DNA of 64,000 nt from Prochlorococcus sp. AG-402-A21 (GTDB lineage: Bacteria > Cyanobacteriota > Cyanobacteriia > PCC-6307 > Cyanobiaceae), in contig QCHI01000003.1 in assembly GCA_003279655.1 (NCBI GenBank), forward strand, positions 34,641-98,640. Reading direction: 5' to 3'. Positions 1 through 10,874 of the stretch are shown piece by piece. Both the position numbers and the translations under genes were made by a program. The notes beneath the pieces are model-generated. The model was not told where the DNA came from, did not search any database, and worked only from the letters and a program-made list of their open reading frames with translations. Position 1 is the first letter of the stretch, and every line of letters begins with the position of its first letter.

Positions 1-917
1 TACTGTCCCCTAACGCAACATTCCCAAGGTTTTTCTTCATTAGCAAGCTTGATTGCCTGAAGAACTTTAGCTTTTTCATTCCTTATTGCTTCTGGATCAA
101 AATGTCCAGGTGGTTCCATTGCTGTAAGAGCAAGCATTTGAGTTAAATGGTTTTGAACCATATCCCTTAGAGCTCCTGAAGATTCGTAATATCCAGCGCG
201 ATCTTCAACTCCAACTGTTTCGGAACTAGTAATTTGAACACTCGAGATATAGTTCCTATTCCAAATAGGTTCAAAAATCGTATTTGCAAATCTGAGAACA
301 AGAATATTTTGAACGGTTTCTTTGCCTAAATAATGATCTATTCGAAATATTTGACTTTCTTGAGCACAACCCTGAACTAGAGAATTCAGTGACTGAGCGC
401 TATTAAAGTCTCTTCCAAACGGTTTTTCAATTACAACTCTGCTTCGTTTAGGGTCTTTCAATAATCCTGCGGCAGCTAAAGCTCTACAGCCACTTCCGTA
501 GAATTTGGGAGATACTGAAAGGTAAAAGGTTCTATGGCCGTGAGTTGCTCTTAACTTATCAATTATTTCAAGTCTTTCCCCGAGCTTTACGAGGTGTTCT
601 GGTTGTTGCAGGTCTACAGGTTCATAGAAAAGATTTTGTGAAAATAGTTCCCATTCTTTGGGACTTTCTTTTATTTGAGAAGAAAGAGCTTCTTCCATTT
701 TTTCTTTAAATATTTCATCAGTCCATGGTCTTCTTGCACAGCCTAAAACTGCAAACTCACTTGGTAATCTGCGTTGCTTGAAAAGCTCAAATAGAGCAGG
801 AACAAGTTTCCTGTGAGTTAGATCTCCTGAGGCACCAAAAATCACCAGACATTGAGGCGGAACTACCCTCTCTTGGCGTAGACCAATTCTCAATGGATTT
901 GTTACTGGCATGCTCAT
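1..917 (-). CDS. zwf: glucose-6-phosphate 1-dehydrogenase (5' part; runs off the left edge)
   Basis: Manual translation from ATG at 917: MSMPVTNPLRIGLRQERVVPPQCLVIFGASGDLTHRKLVPALFELF..., then the G6PD motifs EKPFG and RIDHYLGKE. Not in the ORF track because it is truncated by the window edge. Confidence 0.97.
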   Translation of the reverse strand, partial: MSMPVTNPLRIGLRQERVVPPQCLVIFGASGDLTHRKLVPALFELFKQRRLPSEFAVLGCARRPWTDEIFKEKMEEALSSQIKESPKEWELFSQNLFYEPVDLQQPEHLVKLGERLEIIDKLRATHGHRTFYLSVSPKFYGSGCRALAAAGLLKDPKRSRVVIEKPFGRDFNSAQSLNSLVQGCAQESQIFRIDHYLGKETVQNILVLRFANTIFEPIWNRNYISSVQITSSETVGVEDRAGYYESSGALRDMVQNHLTQMLALTAMEPPGHFDPEAIRNEKAKVLQAIKLANEEKPWECCVRGQ

Positions 918-1087
918 TGATAAATTCCTTGCCAATTAAACTAAAAATATTATCCAATTTGCTTCTAATCATCCGGACTTTTTGGTGTTCGGATGTTCAA
1001 AAACAAAATTGATATTTATTGATTAAATATAGAAAAAATATTTCTAAAGTAATTAATAATTATCGCTTTCCAGACTTTTTTATTTTT

Positions 1088-2230
1088 CTAGTAAGTCTCA
1101 GCATGCCATCTGCCTGCTTTTCTGAGTTTAGGTCTAAGTTCAGACCAGTCCAAACCTTTTGCAGCAGCTGCAGTTGTCATTGCCTCGTCTATCCCTGGCT
1201 CCATTCCTTTTAATCCACACAAGTAAATATGAGTTTTAGGATTCTCAATCATATTGAATATTTCTTCAGCATATTCAAGGACCCTGTCCTGAATGTACAT
1301 TCTTCCTCCTTTTGTATTCTTTTGTTCTCTACTGATTGCTTTGGTATATCTAAGATTTTCGGGAAATTTTGATTTGTAGTGTTCAAAATCAGAATCGTAA
1401 AGCAGGTTAGCTGTTTTTGGTGCACCCATAAATAACCAAGCTTTTCCTTTGAAATTCCACTTATGTTTTTCAATTTCGGTAGGTTCAAACATTCTTCTTA
1501 AATATGCTCTCATTGGTGCTATTCCAGTACCTGTGGCAAGCATTATTATGTTTGAATCTTCTTCCTCTGGAAGAAGCATCTCTTTGCCTACTGGTCCGCT
1601 AATTTTTACTTTATCTCCAGGGGATAGGTTACAAAGATAAGTAGAGCAAACCCCATTTATTGTTTCACCATCTTTTTCGTACTGAAGTTGGCGAACACAC
1701 AAAGATAGTGTATTTCCTGCAAAGTTATCACCATATCTTGTGCTAGCAATTGAATAAAGTCTTGGCCTATGAGGCTTGCCTTTTGCATCTTCCCCTGCGG
1801 CAAGTATTCCGCAACTTTGACCTTCAACATATTTAAAGTCCGGGTCTCCACCTGATAAATCGAAAGTTATATGTTGAACTTTACCTATCGCTCCTTCTTT
1901 TAGAGCTGAATAATTTTCAGTTACTGTTCCTATGAAAGGTGCTTTTGGTTTATAAGTATTAACTGGTACATCTGCATGTGGTTTCTTTGCAGCAGCAGGT
2001 TTTGCAGGAACAACAGGTTTAGAGGGAGCAGTAGCTTTAGTAGGAGCAGTAGCTTTAGCAGGAGCAGCTGAAGCTTTAACAGTAGGATTAACTTTCTCGC
2101 TCAGAGCATTTTTACCAGTCCGAAGCATTGCTCCAAATGAATATTGTCTGCGAATTAGGTAGAAAAAACCAATTATGATAGGAATATGTGCAAGACCACC
2201 AATAACTACCTTTGTCTCTGAGTAAGCCAT
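1088..2230 (-). CDS. petH: ferredoxin-NADP+ reductase with N-terminal hydrophobic segment and Ala/Pro/Lys linker
   Basis: FNR motifs RLYSIAS, GVCSTYLC, MLATGTGIAPMR, YLCGLKGM and C-terminal WHAETY. Confidence 0.97.
   Translation of the reverse strand: MAYSETKVVIGGLAHIPIIIGFFYLIRRQYSFGAMLRTGKNALSEKVNPTVKASAAPAKATAPTKATAPSKPVVPAKPAAAKKPHADVPVNTYKPKAPFIGTVTENYSALKEGAIGKVQHITFDLSGGDPDFKYVEGQSCGILAAGEDAKGKPHRPRLYSIASTRYGDNFAGNTLSLCVRQLQYEKDGETINGVCSTYLCNLSPGDKVKISGPVGKEMLLPEEEDSNIIMLATGTGIAPMRAYLRRMFEPTEIEKHKWNFKGKAWLFMGAPKTANLLYDSDFEHYKSKFPENLRYTKAISREQKNTKGGRMYIQDRVLEYAEEIFNMIENPKTHIYLCGLKGMEPGIDEAMTTAAAAKGLDWSELRPKLRKAGRWHAETY
2025..2081. repeat. imperfect 18-bp in-frame tandem repeat (about 3 copies) in the petH linker
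   Basis: ggagcagtagctttagta / ggagcagtagctttagca / ggagcagctgaagctttaaca, encoding KASAAP-AKATAP-TKATAP. Confidence 0.8.
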
Positions 2231-2549
2231 AGAAACTTAAATTAGAAGGTGAGATTACCAAGAAGAGGTGACTTTTAACGGTTTTATCTTGAAATTACTA
2301 ATTTGTTAGTTCACCTTTTGAGACCGTCACAAGATCATTTTTATTCTTAGACCTACCTAATAAAGGACTTTTAGTGATTGTGAATATTGAATTGAGTAAT
2401 GGAATATTTTTTCTTTTTCTTTTTATTTTTGTAATTTCATATGAAAAAGGGTTTTATTAATATTTGACAGATTGAGAAAATTAAGGCATTAAAAAAAATT
2501 CTAAACTACTCGCCATAGAAGTTTTTAATGTTTAAAGAAATTTTATTTA

Positions 2550-2622
2550 TAGCCCCAAGGGGATTCGAACCCCTGTCGCCTCCGTGAAAGGGAGGTGTCC
2601 TAGGCCTCTAGACGATGGGGCC
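2550..2622 (-). tRNA. trnE: tRNA-Glu(TTC)
   Basis: Reverse complement GGCCCCATCGTCTAGAGGCCTAGGACACCTCCCTTTCACGGAGGCGACAGGGGTTCGAATCCCCTTGGGGCTA folds as a cloverleaf; anticodon stem CCTCC/GGAGG, loop CTTTCAC. Confidence 0.97.
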
Positions 2623-2671
2623 AGATACAGTGATTAATCACTCATTAAGTAATTGATATCACAAATGAAAG

Positions 2672-3817
2672 TTACGGGCCAGCGTTGCCAATCGTCAAGG
2701 GTTCTTGATCCTTGTTTTGACCACGCCACACAGGAACGGTGAAGTAGAAACATGCGCCTTCAGTTGGTTTAGAAACTACCCAGATCTTCCCTCCATGTAC
2801 TTCAACAATTCTTCTACAAACTGAAAGACCAATGCCAAAGCCGATTGTCTCTTGAGAAGTTTGTGGAAGCCTCACTCGATCAACAAATATTCTTTGTTGT
2901 TCTTCTTGGGGGATACCCGGCCCATTATCTCGAACAATTACTTCAACCCATTGATTTGTTCTGTGAAGCATTGTTATAAAAATTTCACCTTCGTCTTCAG
3001 AAAACTTCAAAGCATTTTCTATGAGGTTCAACAAAACCTGCATCATTCGTCTTTGATCTGCGAAAACCTGAGGTAAATCAGATGGAATATCTGTATTTAT
3101 TTTTATTTTGCGATTAAACCATAGCTTTTCAAGCTCAAGAATTGCTTCAGCAGATATGTTTGCAAGATCAACTTTCTGAGGATTAAACAAAGTTTCCCAA
3201 CGAGTGCTGCCAACTTCCAATAGGTCTTTTGAAAGTAATTCAATTTCTTCTAGCCTTCTTTTCAGGACTTCTTGAAATTTATTCATGCTGATTTGGCCGA
3301 GTTTTTGGCTTTGAAGTGCTAAACCAGCAGCAGTTAATGGAGTTCTCAATTCATGAGCAACCATCCTTAGTAGACTTTCCTGAGAATGTATCTTTTTAGT
3401 AAGTGTTTCGTTCTCTTGTCGAAGAACTAGAAGATCATCCTCAAGCAGAAGTTCTTTTTGTGTTTGATTGGATTCAAGTGATTTAGACCTTAAATTTATT
3501 TCTATCCCTTTGGTTATTCCTTCATGTTGCCATCTTGGAACCCAAGTTTTAACTTGTTCGAAAAGTGAACTTCCTGCGAAAATTTGTTTAGGTGAGGGTT
3601 CTAATTTAATTAATGCAGGGATTGCCACTAACTTATAAAGCTCAAGTAATTCAGGATTCTCAGATGGATCTGAAACTTCTAGAGTGACGTTGAATTCACA
3701 ATCTTCACTCTTTAAATATTCAGTCAACGCTAAAATATCTCTCCTTGAGAGATGGTGACGAGTAGCCACAAGCAACAGTTTTAACTGCCGTCTATCTTTA
3801 GCTTCGGCACTATTCAC
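2672..3817 (-). CDS. sasA: KaiB-domain sensor histidine kinase (SasA)
   Basis: N-terminal KaiB-like domain ([19 protein letters not shown]), H-box [10 protein letters not shown]-box [10 protein letters not shown]-boxes DNGPGIP and GFGIGL. Confidence 0.88.
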   Translation of the reverse strand: MNSAEAKDRRQLKLLLVATRHHLSRRDILALTEYLKSEDCEFNVTLEVSDPSENPELLELYKLVAIPALIKLEPSPKQIFAGSSLFEQVKTWVPRWQHEGITKGIEINLRSKSLESNQTQKELLLEDDLLVLRQENETLTKKIHSQESLLRMVAHELRTPLTAAGLALQSQKLGQISMNKFQEVLKRRLEEIELLSKDLLEVGSTRWETLFNPQKVDLANISAEAILELEKLWFNRKIKINTDIPSDLPQVFADQRRMMQVLLNLIENALKFSEDEGEIFITMLHRTNQWVEVIVRDNGPGIPQEEQQRIFVDRVRLPQTSQETIGFGIGLSVCRRIVEVHGGKIWVVSKPTEGACFYFTVPVWRGQNKDQEPLTIGNAGP

Positions 3818-3924
3818 AGTGTCGAGCGAATTAAATAATTACGTATACCTTAAGGTAATGAGACTCATTTTAGGTGTTAGCTAATAATTAAGTGAATACT
3901 TTTTAAATCTCTCAATCCCAGGAA

Positions 3925-4482
3925 ATGGCTATTTCTTCTTCATCTGGCATTGGAAGAACTAAACATTCTTCATTAGGTATTGATAGACTTAGGATTGATT
4001 TTGATAGTAATTTAAAGCGGTGGTTTGGTCGAAATATTGGTTTGTGGCATTCTAAGAGACAATATTTTTTTGATGATGAAAAGGCTATTAATTTGGAAAT
4101 GTATATTAATGTAGCCAAGTTAATTCAGAGCGATTCGGAATTTGAAAGCTATCATTTTAAGTGGTGGTGCGATGATGAGAAAGCTTTTTTTATTAAAAGG
4201 CCAAATTATAAAAGTGAAGGAGAAATAACGGCTCGACTTCAAGGCCATCAATTAATTCGTGATTGTTCTTATTTGTCTGATTCTTCAGGTATCTCAAATA
4301 TTAGGCAAGTTGATGAACACGAATTGATTTTTGAGTCTAATTACGATAACTGGCATGTATTAGAACATACACGCTTAATAGATCAGGACAAGTTTAGATC
4401 AAGGACAATTTATAGCTGGTTTGAAGATAAGTTGAAGATAGTTGAAAATCATCACGAAATAAGGATTAAGAATCCCAACTGA
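3925..4482 (+). CDS. CpcS/CpeS-like (lipocalin-fold, bilin lyase-like) protein
   Basis: N-terminal WFGRNIGLWHSKRQY resembles the S-type lyase G-x-W-x-S-x-R motif; beta-strand-rich 185 aa. Family assignment is by resemblance only. Confidence 0.45.
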   Translation: MAISSSSGIGRTKHSSLGIDRLRIDFDSNLKRWFGRNIGLWHSKRQYFFDDEKAINLEMYINVAKLIQSDSEFESYHFKWWCDDEKAFFIKRPNYKSEGEITARLQGHQLIRDCSYLSDSSGISNIRQVDEHELIFESNYDNWHVLEHTRLIDQDKFRSRTIYSWFEDKLKIVENHHEIRIKNPN

Positions 4483-4608
4483 GGAGTTTATGAAATCTGT
4501 TTTCATGAGCCTCAATGTATATTATATAAGACAATTGCAAGTGGAAAATTCTTGATAGATTTTTTGCTTCATTAGATGTTTTTTACGGGCTAAAATCAAT
4601 TGAGAAAA

Positions 4609-5061
4609 ATGAAAAAATCTCCAAGAAAAAAAATCTTGGCTATATCTATTTTTGTGGCTTCTATACTTTTAACAAGTTGTAGTTCCTCAATAAAGTCGGA
4701 GTCTAATCAAAGTAGGAATAAAGTTGATAAAAAGGAAATTAATATCATTCCCGCTAGTGATGAAGATATCTTTCTATACAGGCAAATAGGCATAAGCTAT
4801 TTGTGTATGGCGAGACAGATTGAAGTTGAATTCCCTAAGGCTATTTCCATTGCTGCTAAAAATTATGCACTGCTTATTTCAAGCAGGCATGGTGGACTGA
4901 TTAAAGAATTAGGTAGTGAAAAATTACCCGAAAAAAATATTTATAATGGTGCAATTATACAACTTCTTGATGGAGCTATTAGAACTTGTCCTGAGATGGT
5001 TCCAGAAGAAGATAAGAAAAAATTCAAGAAAACTGTTGAACAATTAAACAAAAAGAAATAA
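4609..5061 (+). CDS. conserved hypothetical lipoprotein
   Basis: Basic N-terminus, hydrophobic stretch and lipobox-like LLTSC; ATG at 4609 preferred over the TTG at 4600. Confidence 0.6.
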   Translation: MKKSPRKKILAISIFVASILLTSCSSSIKSESNQSRNKVDKKEINIIPASDEDIFLYRQIGISYLCMARQIEVEFPKAISIAAKNYALLISSRHGGLIKELGSEKLPEKNIYNGAIIQLLDGAIRTCPEMVPEEDKKKFKKTVEQLNKKK

Positions 5062-5092
5062 GATATTTTTCGAAATTAGAAAATTATTTAAT

Positions 5093-7714
5093 ATGTCAAC
5101 ACAGAAATCTATTAAATTAACAGAATATGTTGAATATCCTTTCTTGATCCCAAGTATAAATTTAGATTTTAATATTCGCAAGGATTATGTTCTTGTTCAA
5201 GCTTCAATGATAATTAAGCCTAAGTTCAAAGAATTTTCAAAGCTTATTTTGCAGGGTAATAAAATTAAATTGTTGTCAATATCAATTGACGAAAATGAAT
5301 TATCGTCTGAAGAGTATGTAATTTCAAATAATGAATTGATTATTGATAAAACTCCACTATCAGTATTTAAATTAAAAATAATATCCCAAATAGATCCTTA
5401 CAGAAATACATCACTGGAAGGCTTGTATTTAAGCTCAGGAATGTTGACAACGCAATGTGAGGCTGAAGGATTTAGAAGTATATGCTATCATCCTGATAGG
5501 CCTGATGTATTAAGTAAGTATACTGTTAGAGTAGAGGCGGAAAAATCTTTGTATCCTATATTATTGTCAAATGGTAATAAGAAGTATACTGGTTATTTAA
5601 AGAATAATAATCATAGACATGAAGTTATATGGGAAGACCCGTTCCCTAAACCTAGCTATTTATTCGCTTTAGTAGCTGGTAAATTAAATGCAGTTCCCGA
5701 TAAATATTTTACGAATAGTGGAAGATTAATTGATATCATGATTTACGTTGAGGCTGGAGATGAAAAATATACAAAACATGCTATTAAATCTCTAAAGAAA
5801 GCAATGAGATGGGATGAGGATAATTATGGACTTGAGTATGATTTAGATGAATATAAGATTGTTGCAGTAAGACATTTTAATATGGGTGCAATGGAAAATA
5901 AGGGACTAAATATTTTCAATTCTAAATTGATATTAGCCGACTCAAAGACTGCAACTGATGATGAACTAGAGAGAATAGAAAGCGTGATAGCACACGAGTA
6001 TTTTCATAATTGGACTGGAAATAGAATTACATGTCGAGATTGGTTTCAGCTTTCCTTAAAAGAAGGATTGACAGTCTATAGAGATCAATCTTTTACTTCG
6101 GATCTGCATAGTTCCGGAATAAAAAGAATAGAAGATGTTTCATTCCTTAGGAATCATCAATTTGTCGAAGATGAGGGACCCACCTCACATGCTGTTAAGC
6201 CTAAAGAATATGTTGCTATTGATAATTTTTATACCACAACAATATATGAAAAAGGTGCTGAGTTGATAAGGATGCTAGAGCTTTTGCTAGGAAAAGAAAA
6301 GTTTATGAAAGGTATAAATTTTTATATTAGAACTTTTGATGGTAGTGCTGCTACAACTGAGGATTTTGTTAATTCATTAATTGAAGGTGCGTATTTAGGC
6401 TTAAGAAATTGTACTTTTGATCTAAAGAAATTTATAAATTGGTATTATGAACCAGGTACACCTAAAGTTTATATAAATCAATCATGGGATTCAAATAAAT
6501 CAATTTTAAATGTTTCTTTTGAGCAGAAATTAGATAGAAACAAAACAAATGAAAATATTGAAATGGTTATTCCAATTCTATATTCTTGTTTTAGCAGAGA
6601 AAAAGGAGGAAAAGCTATTGTAGAAGATAAATTATTTGTTCTAGATAAAAATAAAAAGAATCTACAAATAAAGGCTTTATCTGATGAGAAAGTTGCGCCG
6701 GTTTTATCAATATTCAGAAATTTCTCTTCACCAGTTTTGTGGGAATCTGATCTATCAATAGCTGACCATTTGTTCCTTTTTCTATACGATAACGATTATT
6801 TTTCAAGGTGGGATTCTGGTCAGTTTTTGATGCGTGAGATTATTAAAAATAGGATTAATAACCAGTTAAAAAATGAGATAGAAGTTGAGTTTATGAATGC
6901 TATCAAACAGTCCATTAATTTTTGGGCAAGTAATGATCCTTTTTTCTTGGCAACTCTTTTAACGATACCCGGATTTGCAGAGTTGGAATATTTATTTGAA
7001 AGAGTTGACCCAATAAGTATTTATAAAGAGTCTTTGAATTTCCAAGTTTCAATTGGTAAGGAAATTCTTCAGGAGTTACAGATTCTATCTGTAAACTTAT
7101 TGCCTAATGTTAATAAAGAATGGCCAATGGGTAAAGGGGAAAGAAAACTATTAGGAACTATTTGGTCTTATTTGGCTCTTGCAGGAGAAGGGAAAGTTCA
7201 AAGGAATTGTGTTGAATCAATTAGTAATTCTTCAATGACCCTTTCAAGGGCAGCACTAGTAGCATTGAAGCCGCTTGATAGCCCTGAGACAGAGGAAGCT
7301 TCTAAGTTGTTTTATAATCGTTGGAAAGAAAATCCTGTAGTTTTAGACTCATGGTTCGCTTATGAGGCATCAAGATCTAACAAGCAAGGAATAGTTGCTA
7401 TTGAAAAATTATTATCACATTCTAAATTTGATTGGAAGGCTCCTAATGCAATAAGGGCTGTTCTAGGAGGATTTAGTAAAAATATTGAACTATTTCATTC
7501 TCTAGATGGGCAAGGTTATCTCTTTATGGCAGAAAAATTAATAGAGGTAGATAAAATCAATCCAATAACAGCTTCAAGAATGGTAAAAACTTTTAGTAAG
7601 TGGAAAACTTATAAAGAGAAAAATAAGGAAAATATGTATAAATCAATATTAAAAATAAATAAAGCAAATATATCCTCAAACACTAGAGAAGTCGTAGAAC
7701 TGATTTTAAAGTAA
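5093..7714 (+). CDS. pepN: aminopeptidase N (M1 family)
   Basis: GAMENKG exopeptidase motif, HEYFH...E zinc motif, YEKGAE. Confidence 0.96.
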   Translation: MSTQKSIKLTEYVEYPFLIPSINLDFNIRKDYVLVQASMIIKPKFKEFSKLILQGNKIKLLSISIDENELSSEEYVISNNELIIDKTPLSVFKLKIISQIDPYRNTSLEGLYLSSGMLTTQCEAEGFRSICYHPDRPDVLSKYTVRVEAEKSLYPILLSNGNKKYTGYLKNNNHRHEVIWEDPFPKPSYLFALVAGKLNAVPDKYFTNSGRLIDIMIYVEAGDEKYTKHAIKSLKKAMRWDEDNYGLEYDLDEYKIVAVRHFNMGAMENKGLNIFNSKLILADSKTATDDELERIESVIAHEYFHNWTGNRITCRDWFQLSLKEGLTVYRDQSFTSDLHSSGIKRIEDVSFLRNHQFVEDEGPTSHAVKPKEYVAIDNFYTTTIYEKGAELIRMLELLLGKEKFMKGINFYIRTFDGSAATTEDFVNSLIEGAYLGLRNCTFDLKKFINWYYEPGTPKVYINQSWDSNKSILNVSFEQKLDRNKTNENIEMVIPILYSCFSREKGGKAIVEDKLFVLDKNKKNLQIKALSDEKVAPVLSIFRNFSSPVLWESDLSIADHLFLFLYDNDYFSRWDSGQFLMREIIKNRINNQLKNEIEVEFMNAIKQSINFWASNDPFFLATLLTIPGFAELEYLFERVDPISIYKESLNFQVSIGKEILQELQILSVNLLPNVNKEWPMGKGERKLLGTIWSYLALAGEGKVQRNCVESISNSSMTLSRAALVALKPLDSPETEEASKLFYNRWKENPVVLDSWFAYEASRSNKQGIVAIEKLLSHSKFDWKAPNAIRAVLGGFSKNIELFHSLDGQGYLFMAEKLIEVDKINPITASRMVKTFSKWKTYKEKNKENMYKSILKINKANISSNTREVVELILK

Positions 7715-7722
7715 ATTTGAAA

Positions 7723-8718
7723 TCATCTGAACATTGAGCTGACAGAACTTTCTTCATGAATCCTCCAGATAGCTTCCCCAAGCATATTTGCAACTGATAA
7801 GACTTTCAATTGGGAGAAATGTAGATCATCTGCTACTGGAATACTATTGGTAACAATAACTTGTTCAAAAAGCCCTTTTTTCGAAAGTCTTTCGTAAGCA
7901 GGTGGAGAGAAAACAGCATGAGATGCACATGCGATAACATTTTTTGCACCTTCTTTCCTAAGTAATTCAGCTCCTGCGCAAATTGTGCCTCCAGTGTCAA
8001 TCATGTCATCAATTAATATTGCAGTCTTGCCATAAACCTCTCCAATAACAGTGAGGCTTTCTGCAACATTGTGCCCTGAGCGTCGCTTATCAATGATAGC
8101 TAGAGGTGAATCCTTCATTTGCTTAGCGAACGCCCTTGCTCTGGCAACACCACCTACATCAGGAGAGACGACTACAATTTCTTCAAGTTTCATAGTTGAT
8201 AGATAATCAACTAAAACCGGTGAACCATATATGTGATCACAGGGAATGTCGAAATAACCTTGTATTTGTGCAGAATGTAAATCCATTGCTAGAACTCTGT
8301 CTACACCTGATTTGACAAGAATATTTGCGGTTAGCTTTGCAGTTATTGATTCTCTACCTGCTGTCTTTCTGTCTGCTCTGGCATAACCAAAATATGGAAT
8401 TACAGCTGTAATTTGCCTTGCAGATGCTCTTTTGCAAGCATCCACCATGATCATAAGCTCCATTAAGCTGTCATTAACTGGAGCGCAAGTTGGTTGTATA
8501 AGAAAAACATCACAGCCTCTAATTGATTGCTGGATTTGAACATAGAGTTCTCCATCCGCAAACCTTTTTGAAACTAGAGGGACATTTGTTATCCCCATAT
8601 AAGTCGCAATTTCTTTGGCTAATGCTGTATTTGATGTGCCACTAATCAATCTAAGTCTATTAGTGTCATGCTTTAGACTAGTAGGCTCAGGATGTGCTGC
8701 AGTGATAAAACTGGTCAC
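7723..8718 (-). CDS. prs: ribose-phosphate pyrophosphokinase
   Basis: FADGELYVQI, PYFGYARADRK, VVSPDVGGVARA, DDMIDTGGT. Confidence 0.97.
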   Translation of the reverse strand: MTSFITAAHPEPTSLKHDTNRLRLISGTSNTALAKEIATYMGITNVPLVSKRFADGELYVQIQQSIRGCDVFLIQPTCAPVNDSLMELMIMVDACKRASARQITAVIPYFGYARADRKTAGRESITAKLTANILVKSGVDRVLAMDLHSAQIQGYFDIPCDHIYGSPVLVDYLSTMKLEEIVVVSPDVGGVARARAFAKQMKDSPLAIIDKRRSGHNVAESLTVIGEVYGKTAILIDDMIDTGGTICAGAELLRKEGAKNVIACASHAVFSPPAYERLSKKGLFEQVIVTNSIPVADDLHFSQLKVLSVANMLGEAIWRIHEESSVSSMFR

Positions 8719-9372
8719 GGTTCCACCGCAAGCAAGAAATAATATTTACCAATCTACCGTTATGTTCGATACATGATCATGGAAAAACTTTTTTAAATTC
8801 TTTTTTTATCACGTTCTATTCTCTGAGTTGAACGTAGGAACCATTGCTGTATCTTATGTTTGGGCTTCTTGAGTAAAAGAAATTTCTTCTGAAGAATTTC
8901 CTTTTGAAAACATTAATAATTTGAATTCCTGTAAAGGAATAAGGACTTAGGCGGCGATTCTGCTGAAAATAGATAGGTAAAGAGATCTTGATTTAGTCGT
9001 TTGTGTTCTCATATGTTTGAGGTAGATGGAATGAAAAATTTAAAATCTCAAGATAAATCATCTTTAGTGTCAAGGCTTACTTCAAATTTAAATCAATTCT
9101 TGCAAGTAAATTATGCTATTAATTGAATAAATTATATTAAGAATTTTATTTTAACTTATAAAAAAATTAGTTTTCATAACTAAAAGTTTAAATCATAAAA
9201 GATTTATTGTAATTAAAATAATAAATCTATTTTTTCAAGTCTTCCTTTATTAGCGAAATTATTAGGTTCGAAATATATCAATAAAATAGCTCTATAAAAT
9301 AATTTGAATTAAGAAAAAAAATAGCATTATTAGTTTTTCTTTCCTATTTTTTAGATATAACAAAAAGTAAAA

Positions 9373-10866
9373 TTGGAAAGAAATTCAGGAATCCTACTAC
9401 ATCCAACCTCACTACCTGATAGCCCAGTCTGCGGTAGCTTTGGTAAACCTGCTCGAGTATGGCTTAATGAACTCGCAGAATCAGGGATAGGCGTTTGGCA
9501 ATTTTTACCTCTAGCTCCTCCTGATTCATTTGGATCTCCATATAGTTCTCCATCAAGCTTCGCTTTCAACCCATGGTTTCTCGATGAAAATGATTTAGTT
9601 AGAGATGGCTTTTTGGCTAATAATCTAGAAAATTTTTCTTCTAAAAATGATGATTTTGATGTGAGAGTTGATTCTCAAGTGGCTAATTCAAAGGTTAAAT
9701 TTTTACGTTCTTCTTTGGTTGATTATTGGGATAAACAAAATAAAATCATTCAAGATGAGTTTGAAATATGGTGCTCAAAACAATTTTGGTTAGACGATCA
9801 CTCCATATTCATGGAACTAAAGATTCAAAACGAAAATCTTCCATGGTGGAAATGGCCAGATAAATATGCAGTTCGGGATAAGAGAGAATTAGAAAATTGG
9901 AAAAAAAATAACAAAAGACAATTGTTAGGTCATAATTTGCTCCAATGGCATTTATACAGGCAGTGGAATTCAATCAGAAAACTTGCAAAAAAATTAGGAA
10001 TCTTGTTGTTTGGAGATCTTCCTTTTTATGTATCAAAAGATAGTGCTGATGTATGGAGTAATCGATCATTATTTTCTATTTTAAATAATTCAGATACATA
10101 TCTTCAAAGTGGAGTACCACCTGATTATTTCTCATCTACCGGTCAACTTTGGGGGAACCCCGTTTATCGTTGGAATAGGCATAAAGCTAGCAAATTTAGA
10201 TGGTGGAGAAAAAGAATTGCAAGACACTTAGAACAGGTTGATTTTTTACGGCTTGATCATTTTCGTGCTCTTGAAGCTTTTTGGGCTATTCCTGGAAAAG
10301 ATAAAACAGCTGAGAATGGATTTTGGTTGCCTTCTCCTGGGAAAGAGATACTGGGTTTAATCAAAAAAGATTGCAGTGGTTCACTTCCTTTAGTTGCTGA
10401 AGATTTAGGTCTTATAACCTCAAAAGTTGAAAAGTTACGCGATGACTATGAATTAGCAGGAATGAAGATACTTCAATTTGCTTTTGATGGGAATTTAGAT
10501 AATCCCTATTTGCCAGAGAATATTAAAGATGAAAATTGGATTGTTTATACAGGAACCCACGATAATTCAACTTCTCTTGGTTGGTGGAGAGAAATGGATG
10601 AAGATAAAAGAGAACAAATTAGAGAAAGGATTCTTAATTATGAGAAACCTTTCTCTTCTTGGGATTTGATTCGTATTGGGATGGAAACAAAAGCGAAACT
10701 ATTTGTAGCTCCAATGCAAGATTTATTAAACCTTGATGATAGTTCTAGATTAAATAAACCTGGCACAATAGATAATAATTGGTCATGGAGATTATCGAGA
10801 AATGATTTAAATATAAAAGAAGGTTTAAAAAAATATGGTGAATTAGCTAAAGTTTACAAAAGATAA
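9373..10866 (+). CDS. malQ: 4-alpha-glucanotransferase (amylomaltase, GH77)
   Basis: GILLHPTSL, GVPPDYFS-TGQLWGNP, RLDHFR, AEDLG, YTGTHDN. Confidence 0.96.
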   Translation: MERNSGILLHPTSLPDSPVCGSFGKPARVWLNELAESGIGVWQFLPLAPPDSFGSPYSSPSSFAFNPWFLDENDLVRDGFLANNLENFSSKNDDFDVRVDSQVANSKVKFLRSSLVDYWDKQNKIIQDEFEIWCSKQFWLDDHSIFMELKIQNENLPWWKWPDKYAVRDKRELENWKKNNKRQLLGHNLLQWHLYRQWNSIRKLAKKLGILLFGDLPFYVSKDSADVWSNRSLFSILNNSDTYLQSGVPPDYFSSTGQLWGNPVYRWNRHKASKFRWWRKRIARHLEQVDFLRLDHFRALEAFWAIPGKDKTAENGFWLPSPGKEILGLIKKDCSGSLPLVAEDLGLITSKVEKLRDDYELAGMKILQFAFDGNLDNPYLPENIKDENWIVYTGTHDNSTSLGWWREMDEDKREQIRERILNYEKPFSSWDLIRIGMETKAKLFVAPMQDLLNLDDSSRLNKPGTIDNNWSWRLSRNDLNIKEGLKKYGELAKVYKR

Positions 10867-10874
10867 AATCACTT

